This document shows, piece after piece, positions 1 to 10,010 of a stretch of 52,856 nucleotides of DNA. Where the stretch lies: positions 1-52,856 of the forward strand of contig JAFSXE010000107.1 of the NCBI GenBank assembly GCA_017444195.1, given 5' to 3'. The notes under the pieces were generated by a model. The model saw only the letters and a program-made list of their open reading frames with translations. It did not search any database and was not told where the DNA came from. This stretch comes from Oscillospiraceae bacterium. Lineage in GTDB: Bacteria; Bacillota; Clostridia; Oscillospirales; Oscillospiraceae. How positions within the stretch are numbered: position 1 is the first letter of the stretch; every line of letters starts with the position of its first letter. The position numbers were made by a program, and so were the translations under genes.

Positions 1-37
1 AATAGATCCGCTTTACGGCTGCTAATCTGCGCCGCCC
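1..37 (+). repeat. Partial 3' end of the ~277-bp TIR element (family A), cut by the window edge. It lacks 8 nt relative to the full copy.
   Basis: gatccgctttacggctgc...taatctgcgccgccc matches 10247-10287 by eye. It ends in the same GGGCGG-type terminus. Confidence 0.75.
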
Positions 38-61
38 AAAAACCGTACCGCCTTTGTTTCT

Positions 62-1273
62 TTACGAGAACCAAATAATAATCAGCTGGGAGATGATCAC
101 GACGGAAATCAGCGCAATGGGATATGTTGCCGCATAAGCGTTGGCAACGTCGTCCGTGCCGCTGACGCCGATCAGCGTGCCGAGCGCCGGCGTACTCGTC
201 ATGCCGCCGGTGATCGAGCCGAGGTTGTTGAGTAGGCTGAGTTTCATCACTTTCTTTGCCAGGAAGAAGCCGGCGATCATCGGCAGAACCGTCATGATGA
301 TGCCGTAAATGAAGTAGACCGCGTTGAAGTATTCCACAAACTTCGCGCCGCCGGAAATACCGGCGCCGATCAAAAACAGCATCAGTCCCAGTTCGCGGAA
401 CACTTTCAGCGTTCCGGCTTCCGGTGTGACGGAGATCTTGCCGAAGCGGCCGAAGTGACCGAACACCAAGCCCATCAGCAGGCAGCCGCCGGTCGTCGTC
501 AGCGAGAAGTTGCCGATCTTGATCGAGCCGAGCAGGATGCCGCAAACCGCGGAAAGCGCAAACGGCATAAAGCCGAATTCATCCATCTTGAGCAGGTTTT
601 CGGGCATTTTACGCGTATGCTGGGTATCCGCCGTCAGCAGTTCACGCTCCTTTGCCATATCCGCCTTCATCAGCTTCGGCACGAGCTGAACGAACAGCAC
701 CACGCCCACAACGCCGAACAGATACGCAATGCCGTGACCAACGGAAACCAGCGCTTCCAATTCTTCGGTAACCGTTGCTTTTGCCGCGGAGAACGCCGGC
801 GTGCTCGTCAGCGATCCGGAGAGGATACCGACCATCATCGCCGTCAGTTCGGGGTTGGTCAAATCGGTATTCGTGCGGCCATAGTAGATGCAGCCGATGC
901 AGCTCAGACCGCCGACGAGGATGATGACCAAGCCAAGCAGCACATAGGACTTAAAGTTCTTTTTGATGTTGCCGACGAAGTTCGGACCGGCAATAAAACC
1001 GACCGACGTGACGAACAGGATCAGTCCCATGTTCTCCACGATTTTCAGCGCGTTCGAAACGAACGTCGCCTCGTTCACCATCAGCTGATCCTGCAGCGGC
1101 AGATAGTAGAAGCAGCCGAAGAGCAGCGCAACGATGAACACACCCGCCGTGCCGAGGGACACGCCCTTGATCGTGATGCGGCCGAGCGAATAGCCGACGA
1201 CCGCGATCGCAAACACCGCGAACATCAAAAACGTGATCGACTTCACAGAGAGATAACCGCCAAGTAAAACCAT
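62..1273 (-). CDS. Putative AAE-family (YidE/YbjL, Asp-Al exchanger type) permease
   Basis: Polytopic hydrophobic protein with a duplicated motif (LSGSLTSTPAFSAA and ITGGMTSTPALGTL). ATG at 1273 lies 7 nt after GGAGGA. The longer ORF start (TTG at 1288) sits inside that SD. Confidence 0.7.
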   Translation of the reverse strand: MVLLGGYLSVKSITFLMFAVFAIAVVGYSLGRITIKGVSLGTAGVFIVALLFGCFYYLPLQDQLMVNEATFVSNALKIVENMGLILFVTSVGFIAGPNFVGNIKKNFKSYVLLGLVIILVGGLSCIGCIYYGRTNTDLTNPELTAMMVGILSGSLTSTPAFSAAKATVTEELEALVSVGHGIAYLFGVVGVVLFVQLVPKLMKADMAKERELLTADTQHTRKMPENLLKMDEFGFMPFALSAVCGILLGSIKIGNFSLTTTGGCLLMGLVFGHFGRFGKISVTPEAGTLKVFRELGLMLFLIGAGISGGAKFVEYFNAVYFIYGIIMTVLPMIAGFFLAKKVMKLSLLNNLGSITGGMTSTPALGTLIGVSGTDDVANAYAATYPIALISVVIISQLIIIWFS

Positions 1274-1449
1274 GGTTTGTTCCTCCAAACTCTGTTTTTA
1301 TGCTCCCTATTATAGTACGTGGCACCAAACGCGTCAATAGTTTTCGGGCAAAAATGCAGGGAAAATTTCAAAAATATTTCATTTTGCAAGTTTTGTTTCA
1401 AGAGTTGCAAACTTGCAAAATGCGGCGCGGTGTGCTATGCTCATAACAA

Positions 1450-1728
1450 AAGGTAAGGGGTGTCGAACCCCTACCGGTTTTCATCGGCGGATTTCCGCCG
1501 ATACTGCGTCAAAGCCCTTGAGAATACATAGTAGTATTCCCTGCGGACTTTTTCTTGTCTCGACGAAAATCCGCTCGCTGAAAACTGCTTTGCACCTGAG
1601 AGCGAGGGATTTTCGAGGGGTTTTCGACACGCGAAATGCAGACGGGCTGACGCCCGTCAAATGACAAGGGGCAAAAAGCACCGAAAAGACCCGCTCTCAG
1701 GCGGCAGGTGTTCGGCTCCCCTTACCTT
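1450..1728 (+). repeat. 279-bp structured intergenic element (family B) bounded by 11-bp perfect terminal inverted repeats AAGGTAAGGGG / CCCCTTACCTT
   Basis: TIRs at 1450-1460 and 1718-1728. Several internal hairpins. The central core is similar to the core of the element at 10011-10287. Confidence 0.65.
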
Positions 1729-1742
1729 AAGGAGGCTCAGCC

Positions 1743-2390
1743 ATGAACGGCATTTTCGATCTCAATTCCAAGTTTATGCAGACGCTCAGCAGTATCGGCG
1801 ACTATATTTTGCTCAACCTCTGCTTTTTTGTCTGCTGCATTCCCGTCGTGACGATCGGCGCGGCAAAAACGGCGCTGTATCGCGCATCGTTTGATATGTT
1901 GGACAACCGCGGCAACCTCTACCGCCGCTTCTTCCAAACGTTTACGCACGAAATCAAGTCCACGCTGCCGACGCTGCTGATCCGCCTTGCGATTCTTGCG
2001 GTTTTCGGCTGGGAACTGTGGCTCGTGGCGAATAACGCCGTTCCGGCGCAGCGGCTCTTTTTGATCGGACTGTTCTTGGCACTTTGGCTCATTTTCGCGC
2101 TGACGTCCAGCATCTACGCGCAGATCTCGCGCTTCGCGGCAACGACGGCGCAGTATTGGAAGAATGCGGTCTATATCGCCATCACGCATCCGCTGCAATC
2201 GCTGGCGATCGGGCTGATCGACCTGTTTCCGCCGCTGATGATCTTCGGTCTGCCGACCTACGCCGCAATGATGGGTCCCGTGTGGCTGTTTCTCTATTTC
2301 TCGGTCACAACAATGTTCGGCGCAAGGATGCTCCGCAAACCGTTCGAGTTTTATATTGAACAATTTGAAGAAGAAAGCACGGATCAATGA
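1743..2390 (+). CDS. DUF624 (YesL-like) membrane protein
   Basis: The N-terminus (NSKFMQTLSSIGDYILLNLCFFVCCIPVVTIGAAKTALY) is typical of the YesL family. AAGGAGG lies 7 nt before the ATG. Confidence 0.75.
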   Translation: MNGIFDLNSKFMQTLSSIGDYILLNLCFFVCCIPVVTIGAAKTALYRASFDMLDNRGNLYRRFFQTFTHEIKSTLPTLLIRLAILAVFGWELWLVANNAVPAQRLFLIGLFLALWLIFALTSSIYAQISRFAATTAQYWKNAVYIAITHPLQSLAIGLIDLFPPLMIFGLPTYAAMMGPVWLFLYFSVTTMFGARMLRKPFEFYIEQFEEESTDQ

Positions 2391-2404
2391 TCCGTGCTTT
2401 CTTC
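2370..2404. terminator. Bidirectional intrinsic terminator hairpin between convergent genes
   Basis: 16-bp perfect stem gaagaaagcacggatc / gatccgtgctttcttc with a 3-nt loop. The stop codon of the + strand gene lies in the loop region. Confidence 0.6.
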
Positions 2405-3103
2405 TCATATCAGCGAAAACAGCCAAACGAATAGTGGGACAAACAGGACTGCCGGCAGGAAGTTGGCGGCCTTGATTTTTGTCACGCCGATCATATTCGT
2501 GCCGATGACGACGATTAGCAGCGAGCCGGCGGCACCGATCTCGGTGATGCAGGCATCGGTAAGTAAGGGACGCAGCAGCCCTGAAAGCAGGACAATCGCG
2601 CCCTGGTAGACGAACACCGAAGCAGACGAAAGCGCGACGCCTGCGCCGAGCGAAACCGCCAGCATAATCGACGAAATACCGTCGAGCATCGACTTGGTAA
2701 AGAGCATCGCATGGTCGCCGATGAGTCCCGAATTGAGACTGCCGACGATTGCCATTGCGCCCACGCAATACAGCAGCGTACCGCCGACAAAGCCCTCGGC
2801 AATGCCGTGCTTGCCCGGCTCGCTTTTGCCGCCGAGCTTGTTCTGCACCCACAGACCGAAGCGCTGCAAAAGCGCGTCAAGATCGAGCGCCGTGCCAACG
2901 ATTGCGCCACAGGTGATCGACAAAATCAAGATCAACGAGTTTTCCGTTTTCAGCGCGCCGTCCAAGCCGATCACCGCAACGCACAAGCCGATGCCCGTCA
3001 TGACGGCAGTCGATAGTTTTTCCGAAACGCCGCGGCGGAGCAGCAGTCCGACAAGACTGCCCACCAAGATTGCGGCGGCATTGACCAAAACACCCAGAAG
3101 CAT
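2405..3103 (-). CDS. DUF554 (YdfK/YqgA-like) membrane protein
   Basis: MLLGVLVNAAAILVGSLVGLLL... followed by a repeated glycine-rich TM pattern characteristic of DUF554. Confidence 0.7.
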   Translation of the reverse strand: MLLGVLVNAAAILVGSLVGLLLRRGVSEKLSTAVMTGIGLCVAVIGLDGALKTENSLILILSITCGAIVGTALDLDALLQRFGLWVQNKLGGKSEPGKHGIAEGFVGGTLLYCVGAMAIVGSLNSGLIGDHAMLFTKSMLDGISSIMLAVSLGAGVALSSASVFVYQGAIVLLSGLLRPLLTDACITEIGAAGSLLIVVIGTNMIGVTKIKAANFLPAVLFVPLFVWLFSLI

Positions 3104-3106
3104 GAA

Positions 3107-4195
3107 TTATTCCTCGATTCTCACCGGGATCTCGCGCAGGCGCGTGGGGTTGAGTTCCAGCTCCGCCATCGTGTCGGGCGAAAGATGCACGCGCGTAATA
3201 TCAATCGTCGTGTGGCACATACCGACGTGGCCGAGTACGCGGCATTTCTGCTTGCCGACCGTAACGGTCAGCCGCCGCGGAAACAGCAGCGATTTCAGCG
3301 CGCCGAACGCGCGGCGCAAACAGTCGCGGATGCGGAACGTATCGGCGCCGATCTCGGTTGCATAGCCGTTATACCAGCCGACCGGCAGCACGGCGATGCG
3401 GATCGGCTTCGATGCGCGAAATGCGCAGCCGTAGCCGCAGGTTGCGCCCTTCGGCAGCCAGCGCGGCTCGGTCAGTTCGGCGCGGCAGACGCCGACCTTT
3501 TCCAAATCCGTCCGGAACGGCAGCCGACCGAGCAGCGCCGAGCCGACGCGCACACCGTCCTGGCAGTCGTCAAGATGGCGGAACAGCGCAGCGGAATTGC
3601 CGGCGTGGACGTGTCCCACGTCGTAGCCGGCGGCGCGGATCGCGTCGCAGACCATCGTGAAGCGCTCGGCTTGCAATTTGGTGAACGACTTGGAGCAAAA
3701 CGCAGAAGCAAAATGCGTATAGACGCCGCAGAAGTCAATATGCGCAAGATACTCATAGCACGACAGAATCTCGTCGAGCTGATCGGGCAAAAAGCCGTAG
3801 CGTCCCATGCCGGTATCGATTTTCAGATGAGCGCGGGCGCGCATCGTTTCGGCACGCGCCGCGTCGGCAAGCGCCATCGCATCCTGCTGCGACGCCACGG
3901 TGCAGATCACGTCGTGGCGGCAGAGATTGCGGAGCGTTTCGGCGTTCTGTTCGGGACGCAGCAGCAGGACCTCCTCCTGTGCGCTGCCGCTTTCGCGCAG
4001 CGTGATTGCGTCCTCCGGCTCGGTAACGGCAAAATGCGTCAAGCCGGCAGCACGGCAAATCGCCGCCAAATTGAGCAGTCCGATACCGTAGCCGTTGCCC
4101 TTCAGCACCGCCCAGACGGTCTTTTCCCCTGCCCGTGCTTGGATTTTCTCAATATTGCGGCGGATCGCCGCGGCGGATACGGAATAGTATGCCAT
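3107..4195 (-). CDS. alr: Alanine racemase
   Basis: N-terminal AVLKGNGYGIG (PLP-lysine motif), length 362 aa, AGGAGG SD upstream. Confidence 0.85.
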   Translation of the reverse strand: MAYYSVSAAAIRRNIEKIQARAGEKTVWAVLKGNGYGIGLLNLAAICRAAGLTHFAVTEPEDAITLRESGSAQEEVLLLRPEQNAETLRNLCRHDVICTVASQQDAMALADAARAETMRARAHLKIDTGMGRYGFLPDQLDEILSCYEYLAHIDFCGVYTHFASAFCSKSFTKLQAERFTMVCDAIRAAGYDVGHVHAGNSAALFRHLDDCQDGVRVGSALLGRLPFRTDLEKVGVCRAELTEPRWLPKGATCGYGCAFRASKPIRIAVLPVGWYNGYATEIGADTFRIRDCLRRAFGALKSLLFPRRLTVTVGKQKCRVLGHVGMCHTTIDITRVHLSPDTMAELELNPTRLREIPVRIEE

Positions 4196-4205
4196 AACGC
4201 GCCTC

Positions 4206-5270
4206 CTATTTTCTGTCTCTGTGGCGCAGCAGATAGACCTGCTTGCGCAGTTCCTTGAAAACGCTCGTTCCCTTTTCGATCAGCGTGTAGAACGTCGGCG
4301 CAAGCACGAGATCCATCTCGCCGATAAACTCGGTAAAGTCGCCGCCGAAGCCCTGCTTGAAGCGGTATAGACCGTAGAGCGGATTATCCTCGCTGACGAT
4401 GCCGCTGACGCCGCGGAAGTCGTAGATGCGGCAGCCGGTTTCAATCGCCCATTGGATCATCGACCACTGCAGAAGGTAGTTCGGCATCAGGTTGCGATGC
4501 TCGTTGGCGCTTGCGCCGTAGAGGTACCACACCTTGTCGCCGTAATGGATCGCCAGCGTACCGGCAATCGGCTTGTCCTCAAAAAACGCCATATACAGTC
4601 TTGCATGCTCGCCGAGGTTATCGAGCATTGCGGAAAAGTATTCGGGATTGCGCGTGACAAAGCCGTCACGCACACCGGTCGTCAGCATCAGATCGGCGAA
4701 CGCCGGCACCATTTCCTTTCCGCAGATGCGTACCTCGACGCCCTTTTTCTGCGCGACGCGGATGTTATAGCGCCACTTCTGATGGAAACCCGCCATGACT
4801 TCTTCTTCCGTCTTACCCTCGACGTTCAGACGGAAGACGTACTTCGGCTGGATTGCTTCGAAGTTCGCGCCGCCCGATTTCAGTTTGAAACCGTAGTCAG
4901 TCAAAAACTTGGTAAAGCGCTCATTTGACGAAGGCACGTCGGGATCGATTTTCACGCAGTAGGCATGGTGTTCCTTGGCGATTTCCTTCACGCCGTCAAG
5001 CAGGTCGTAGAGCGTTTCGCGGTCGTCCAAATCGCAGACGGGCGCACGGTTGCCGTAGACAAGCGTGCGGTGCGTGCGCGGAACGGGACGGATCAGCACG
5101 CTCATCGCGCCTTTGATCTCGCCGTCCTCGCCGCGCGAAACGACGGCTTCCCACTTCCACATCGGTTTCTGCTTGCCCCAAAGCACGCTTTGGGCAAAGT
5201 TTCCCTTCGGGTGGCGCTGTAAAAACGCTTCAAATTCGGGGATCAGTTCGGGTGTTACACGCTGTGCCAT
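4206..5270 (-). CDS. FemAB-family peptidoglycan interpeptide-bridge aminoacyltransferase
   Basis: FemAB-like sequence over the full length (QSxLWGKxK, WYLYGAS, FKxGFGG). Start chosen at MAQRV (5270) because the longer ORF would overlap the end of uvrB. Confidence 0.75.
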   Translation of the reverse strand: MAQRVTPELIPEFEAFLQRHPKGNFAQSVLWGKQKPMWKWEAVVSRGEDGEIKGAMSVLIRPVPRTHRTLVYGNRAPVCDLDDRETLYDLLDGVKEIAKEHHAYCVKIDPDVPSSNERFTKFLTDYGFKLKSGGANFEAIQPKYVFRLNVEGKTEEEVMAGFHQKWRYNIRVAQKKGVEVRICGKEMVPAFADLMLTTGVRDGFVTRNPEYFSAMLDNLGEHARLYMAFFEDKPIAGTLAIHYGDKVWYLYGASANEHRNLMPNYLLQWSMIQWAIETGCRIYDFRGVSGIVSEDNPLYGLYRFKQGFGGDFTEFIGEMDLVLAPTFYTLIEKGTSVFKELRKQVYLLRHRDRK

Positions 5271-5274
5271 CGTA

Positions 5275-7239
5275 TCAGTCCTTTTCTCCGCGCAGGGCGA
5301 TGATCTGATCGCGCAGCACGGCGGCATATTCGTATTCCATCATCTTGGCGGCTTCCTTCATCTGCTTTTCCAGCTTGGCAATCGCCTCGTCGCGTTCGCG
5401 GCGCGTCATCTTCACGCCGCCGCGCTTGGCGGATTTGGAAACGTCGCGCGAGATTTCCAAAAGTTCGTGGATCGGCTTGACGATCGTCTTCGGCACGATG
5501 CCGTGCACCTTGTTATAAGCGTCCTGCAATTCGCGCCGACGTGCCGTTTCGTCCATCGCCGCCGCCATGGCAGGCGTGACGGTATCGGCATAGAGAATGA
5601 CCGTGCCGTCGGCGTTTCGCGCGGCGCGTCCCATCGTCTGAATGAGTGACGTTTCGCTGCGCAAAAAGCCCTCTTTGTCCGCGTCGAGAATGGCGATCAA
5701 ACTGACTTCGGGTAAATCCAAGCCCTCACGCAGCAGGTTGATGCCAACCAAAACGTCAAACTTCTCCATTCTAAGATCGCGAATGATCTCCATGCGCTCC
5801 ATCGCGCCGATATCCGAGTGCATATAGCGCACGCGAATACCGTTTTTTGTCAGGTATTCGGTCAAGTCCTCCGCCATTTTCTTCGTCAGCGTCGTAACCA
5901 GCACGCGCTCATGGCGTTCCGTTCGCTCGTTGATCTCGCCGATCAAATCGTCGATCTGCCCTTCAATGGGACGGACGAACACCTTCGGATCGAGCAGTCC
6001 CGTCGGGCGGATGAGCTGCTCGGCAATTTGTCCGGCGCGCTCACGCTCGTATTCGGCAGGCGTTGCGGAAACGTAGATCGTCTGCCCGATGCGCGCCTGA
6101 AACTCCTCAAATCGCAGGGGGCGGTTATCGAACGCCGACGGCAGACGGAAGCCGTAATCGACAAGACTTTCCTTGCGGCTGCGGTCACCGTTATACATGG
6201 CGCGAATCTGCGGAACGGTAACGTGGCTTTCGTCGATAAACAGCAGAAAATCCTTGGGAAAATAGTCGATCAACGTCATCGGCGGCGAGCCGGGCTCGCG
6301 CCCCGAAATCACGCGCGAATAGTTTTCGATGCCGGTGCAGTAACCCAGCTCCTGCATCATTTCCATATCGTACTGCGTGCGCTGCGAAATACGCTGCGCT
6401 TCCAGCAGTTTGTTATGCTCGGTAAACCACTTGACACGCTCGTCCATCTCGCGGCGGATCTCCGTCAGGGCGCGCGCCATCTTTTCGGGCGTGGCAACGT
6501 AGTGGCTCGCCGGATAGATCGCAACGTGATCGAGCAGGCGCGTCGGCGTGCCGGTCACGGCGTTGATCTCCGAAATACGATCAATTTCATCGCCGAAGAA
6601 CTCCACGCGGATCGCGCGTCCCGCCCAGTAGGCAGGATAGATCTCCACCGTATCGCCGCGGACGCGGAAGGTATTGCGCTTGAAGTCGATATCGTTGCGC
6701 TCGTAGCGGATCGAAGTCAGCGTGGCAAGCAGCTCGTCACGGTCGCGCGTCTGTCCCGTGCGCAGGGATATGACCATATTTTTGTAGTCGATCGGATCGC
6801 CCAAGCCGTAGATGCAGCTGACCGACGCGACGACGATCACGTCCCGCCGTTCAAAGAGCGACGACGTCGCCGAATGGCGCAGACGTTCGATCTCGTCATT
6901 GATCGACGAATCTTTTTCAATATAGGTATCCGTATGGGCGATATACGCCTCCGGCTGATAGTAATCGTAATACGAAACGAAATATTCCACCGCGTTTTCG
7001 GGGAAAAGGTCGCGGAACTCCGAACAGAGCTGCGCCGCCAGCGTTTTGTTGTGCGCCAGCACAAGCGTGGGACGGTTCATCTTTGCAATGACGTTCGCCA
7101 TGGTGAACGTCTTGCCCGAACCGGTCACGCCGAGCAAAATCTGCTCGTCGATGCCGTTTTGCAGTCCGGAAACCAGTTTTTCCACGGCTTGCGGCTGATC
7201 GCCCGTAGCAGAAAACGGCGCATGCAGCACAAAGTCCAT
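5275..7239 (-). CDS. uvrB: Excinuclease ABC subunit B
   Basis: [10 protein letters not shown] Walker A, helicase motifs, and a C-terminal UVR motif ([17 protein letters not shown]). Start at MDFVLHAPF. Confidence 0.95.
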   Translation of the reverse strand: MDFVLHAPFSATGDQPQAVEKLVSGLQNGIDEQILLGVTGSGKTFTMANVIAKMNRPTLVLAHNKTLAAQLCSEFRDLFPENAVEYFVSYYDYYQPEAYIAHTDTYIEKDSSINDEIERLRHSATSSLFERRDVIVVASVSCIYGLGDPIDYKNMVISLRTGQTRDRDELLATLTSIRYERNDIDFKRNTFRVRGDTVEIYPAYWAGRAIRVEFFGDEIDRISEINAVTGTPTRLLDHVAIYPASHYVATPEKMARALTEIRREMDERVKWFTEHNKLLEAQRISQRTQYDMEMMQELGYCTGIENYSRVISGREPGSPPMTLIDYFPKDFLLFIDESHVTVPQIRAMYNGDRSRKESLVDYGFRLPSAFDNRPLRFEEFQARIGQTIYVSATPAEYERERAGQIAEQLIRPTGLLDPKVFVRPIEGQIDDLIGEINERTERHERVLVTTLTKKMAEDLTEYLTKNGIRVRYMHSDIGAMERMEIIRDLRMEKFDVLVGINLLREGLDLPEVSLIAILDADKEGFLRSETSLIQTMGRAARNADGTVILYADTVTPAMAAAMDETARRRELQDAYNKVHGIVPKTIVKPIHELLEISRDVSKSAKRGGVKMTRRERDEAIAKLEKQMKEAAKMMEYEYAAVLRDQIIALRGEKD

Positions 7240-7259
7240 TTTCAGCCTTCTTTCCTCTT

Positions 7260-7952
7260 TTACAACGGTTTTTGCTTGATTTTGGCAAATGCGCGCGGAT
7301 AGTCCGTCGGCGTCGGGCGCGTTTTGCGAATGCAAAGCACGTAATGCACCGCATCGCCGCAGGGGTAGTCATAGACTTCCTCCACCGTTCCGCCGAGCAC
7401 GGCGATTGCATGTTCCGCCTCGCGCAGTTCTTCTTCCGCCTGCGCGCCCTTCATTGCAAGAAACATGCCGCCTTTTTTCACCAGCGGCAGGCACAGCTCC
7501 GCCAGCACGTTCAGCCGCGCAACGGCACGGGACGTGCAAATATCAAACTGCTCCCGGTGGGCGGTTGCATACTCTTCGGCGCGCGCCGTCACAACGTTGG
7601 CCTCCACCGAAAGTTCCGGCAGGATTTCACGCAGCCACGCCATGCGTTTGCCGAGTGAATCGAGCAGCGTAAGGGAAATCGACGGTTCGGCGATCTTCAG
7701 CGGAACGCCGGGAAATCCGGCGCCGCATCCGACGTCCGCCACGGTCTTGTCTTTGAAATCCGCGGCACGCAGCAACGCAATTGAATCAAGAAAATGGAGC
7801 GTGGCGACGCCTGCTTCATCGCGGATCGCGGTCAGGTTCATCACTTTGTTTTTTTCGAGCAGCGCCGTTCCGAAGCGACAGAGCGTATCGATCTGCGCAT
7901 CGGAAAGCGCTGCGCCGATGGCAGGCAATCCATCCGTCAGCGTCTTTTTCAT
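7260..7952 (-). CDS. rsmG: 16S rRNA (guanine527-N7)-methyltransferase
   Basis: GidB-like sequence with SAM motif [13 protein letters not shown]. The start shares 1 nt with the metG stop (TGATG). Confidence 0.9.
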   Translation of the reverse strand: MKKTLTDGLPAIGAALSDAQIDTLCRFGTALLEKNKVMNLTAIRDEAGVATLHFLDSIALLRAADFKDKTVADVGCGAGFPGVPLKIAEPSISLTLLDSLGKRMAWLREILPELSVEANVVTARAEEYATAHREQFDICTSRAVARLNVLAELCLPLVKKGGMFLAMKGAQAEEELREAEHAIAVLGGTVEEVYDYPCGDAVHYVLCIRKTRPTPTDYPRAFAKIKQKPL

Positions 7953-9916
7953 CAGCAGAGCTTCGCGCCGGCAGGGATCGCGTCATCTACGATCACAAGG
8001 TTGAGTTTCTCCGCGCCGTTTTCCTGATGCACGGCGGAAAGCAGCATACCGCAGGACTCCATGCCCATCATCTTGCGCGGCGGCAGATTGACGATTGCAA
8101 CGAGCGTCTTGCCGACGAGCTGCTCCGGCTCATAGAACTTATGGATGCCCGACAGGATCTGACGATCCGTGCCGGTGCCGTCGTCGAGCGTGAAGCGGAG
8201 CAGTTTTTCGGACTTTTTGACCGCCTCGCACGCTTTGACCTTCACGGCGCGGAAATCCGATTTGCAGAATGTGTCGAAATCCACGTTTTCGGTCGCAAGC
8301 GGCTCAATTTCCACGGCGTTTTTCGGCTTGTTCGCCGCAGCGTGGATCGCCTCCAACTCCGCAAGTTCCTTTTCCATATCAATGCGCGGGAACAGCGGAT
8401 CGCCGATCTTCACCGTCGCCGTCTTCGGCAGCGCGTCAAACGTCGCCGCGGAATCCCAATCGTACACGTCCGCGCCGATACGGTCGCGGATCGTATCCGC
8501 CGTCGTCGGCATCATCGGCGTAAGCAGGATGCCGCAGATGCGGATCGTGGCGAGCAGATTATACATCACACGCGCAAGACGCGGCAGTTTTGCCTCGTCC
8601 TTGGCAAGCAGCCACGGCGTGGTTTCGTCGATATACTTGTTGGCGCGCGAAATGACCTTCATCACTTCCGCGAGCGCGTTCTGGAACTGATACTTTTCCA
8701 TCTGCGCTTCATAGCGGTCACGCAGTCCGGACGCCAGCTCCACCAGCGGCGCGTCGAGCGTTTCGTCGGCTTCCTGCGCTTCAGGCAGCGTGCCGCCGAA
8801 ATATTTCTGCACCATCGCGCAGGTGCGGCTGACAAGGTTGCCGAGATCGTTGGCGAGATCGGTATTGATCGTGCCGATCAGCAGTTCGTTCGAGAAGTTG
8901 CCGTCCGAGCCGAACGGGAACGTGCGCAACAGGAAGTAGCGCAGCGCGTCCACGCCGTAGCGCTCGGCGAGCAGGTACGGATCGACGACGTTGCCCTTGG
9001 ACTTGGACATTTTGCCGCCGTCGAGCAGCAGCCAGCCGTGCCCGTAGACCTTCGTCGGCAGCGGCATGGCAACGCTCATCAGCATCGCCGGCCAAATGAT
9101 CGAATGGAAGCGGACGATCTCCTTGCCCACGAAATGCACGGCAGGCCAATACTTGTCCACGTCGTTGTAGCGGTCATTTTCGTAGCCGAGCGCGGTCAGA
9201 TAGTTGAACAGTGCGTCCACCCAAACGTAGACGACGTGACCCGGATCGAAATCGACGGGGATACCCCAAGTGAAACTCGTGCGGCTGACGCAAAGATCCT
9301 CCAGGCCGGGGTCGATGAAGTTGGCAACCATCTCGTTGACGCGGCTCTTCGGCTCCAAAAAGTCGGTTTCCGTCAGCAGTTTGCGGACGGGCTGGGCATA
9401 CTTTGACAGACGGAAGAAATACGCCTCTTCCTCCGCGTCCACCACTTCCCTGCCGCAGTCAGGGCATTTGCCGTCCACGAGCTGGCTCTCCGTCCAGAAC
9501 GATTCGCAGGGCGTGCAGTATTTGCCCTTGTACGCGCCTTTATAGATATCGCCGTTATCGTACATTTTCTTGAAAATGCGTTGGATCGCGGCAACGTGAT
9601 AATCATCGGTCGTGCGGATAAAGCGGTCGTTGGAGATGTTCATTAGCTTCCACAGATCCTTGACGCCGCCCTCGCCCTCGACGATCTCATTGACGAACTG
9701 CTGCGGCGTAACGCCCTTTTCTTTTGCTTTGAGTTCAATCTTCTGTCCGTGCTCGTCCGTACCCGTCAAAAACAGCACGTCATAGCCGCACAGACGTTTG
9801 TACCGCGCCATGGCGTCCGTCGCCACGGTGCAGTAGGTGTGACCGATATGCAGCTTGTCCGAAGGGTAGTAAATCGGCGTCGTAATAAAAAACGGTTTTT
9901 TGCAATCCTTGCACAT
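7952..9916 (-). CDS. metG: Methionine--tRNA ligase with C-terminal tRNA-binding (Trbp111/EMAP-like) domain
   Basis: HIGH (LHIGHTY) and KMSKS motifs. AAGGAGG lies 8 nt before the ATG at 9916. Confidence 0.95.
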   Translation of the reverse strand: MCKDCKKPFFITTPIYYPSDKLHIGHTYCTVATDAMARYKRLCGYDVLFLTGTDEHGQKIELKAKEKGVTPQQFVNEIVEGEGGVKDLWKLMNISNDRFIRTTDDYHVAAIQRIFKKMYDNGDIYKGAYKGKYCTPCESFWTESQLVDGKCPDCGREVVDAEEEAYFFRLSKYAQPVRKLLTETDFLEPKSRVNEMVANFIDPGLEDLCVSRTSFTWGIPVDFDPGHVVYVWVDALFNYLTALGYENDRYNDVDKYWPAVHFVGKEIVRFHSIIWPAMLMSVAMPLPTKVYGHGWLLLDGGKMSKSKGNVVDPYLLAERYGVDALRYFLLRTFPFGSDGNFSNELLIGTINTDLANDLGNLVSRTCAMVQKYFGGTLPEAQEADETLDAPLVELASGLRDRYEAQMEKYQFQNALAEVMKVISRANKYIDETTPWLLAKDEAKLPRLARVMYNLLATIRICGILLTPMMPTTADTIRDRIGADVYDWDSAATFDALPKTATVKIGDPLFPRIDMEKELAELEAIHAAANKPKNAVEIEPLATENVDFDTFCKSDFRAVKVKACEAVKKSEKLLRFTLDDGTGTDRQILSGIHKFYEPEQLVGKTLVAIVNLPPRKMMGMESCGMLLSAVHQENGAEKLNLVIVDDAIPAGAKLC

Positions 9917-9956
9917 AAGTTTTTCCTCCTTGGGCATATCATTCCAAATTAATTGT

Positions 9957-9985
9957 ATTCTATCACATTTCCCGGAGAAAGACAA
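9957..9985 (-). promoter_or_regulatory. Candidate sigma-A promoter of metG (TTGTCT, 17 nt, TG-n-TAGAAT)
   Basis: Read on the minus strand: ttgtct ttctccgggaaatgtga tagaat. It lies about 40 nt upstream of the metG ATG. Confidence 0.4.
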
Positions 9986-10010
9986 GCAAAACAAAACCGT
10001 CCGTTCATAG

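Noticed and set aside
9917-10010. A T-box leader upstream of metG
   Set aside because: Only about 40 nt separate the candidate promoter from the start codon. No specifier or T-box sequence is visible.
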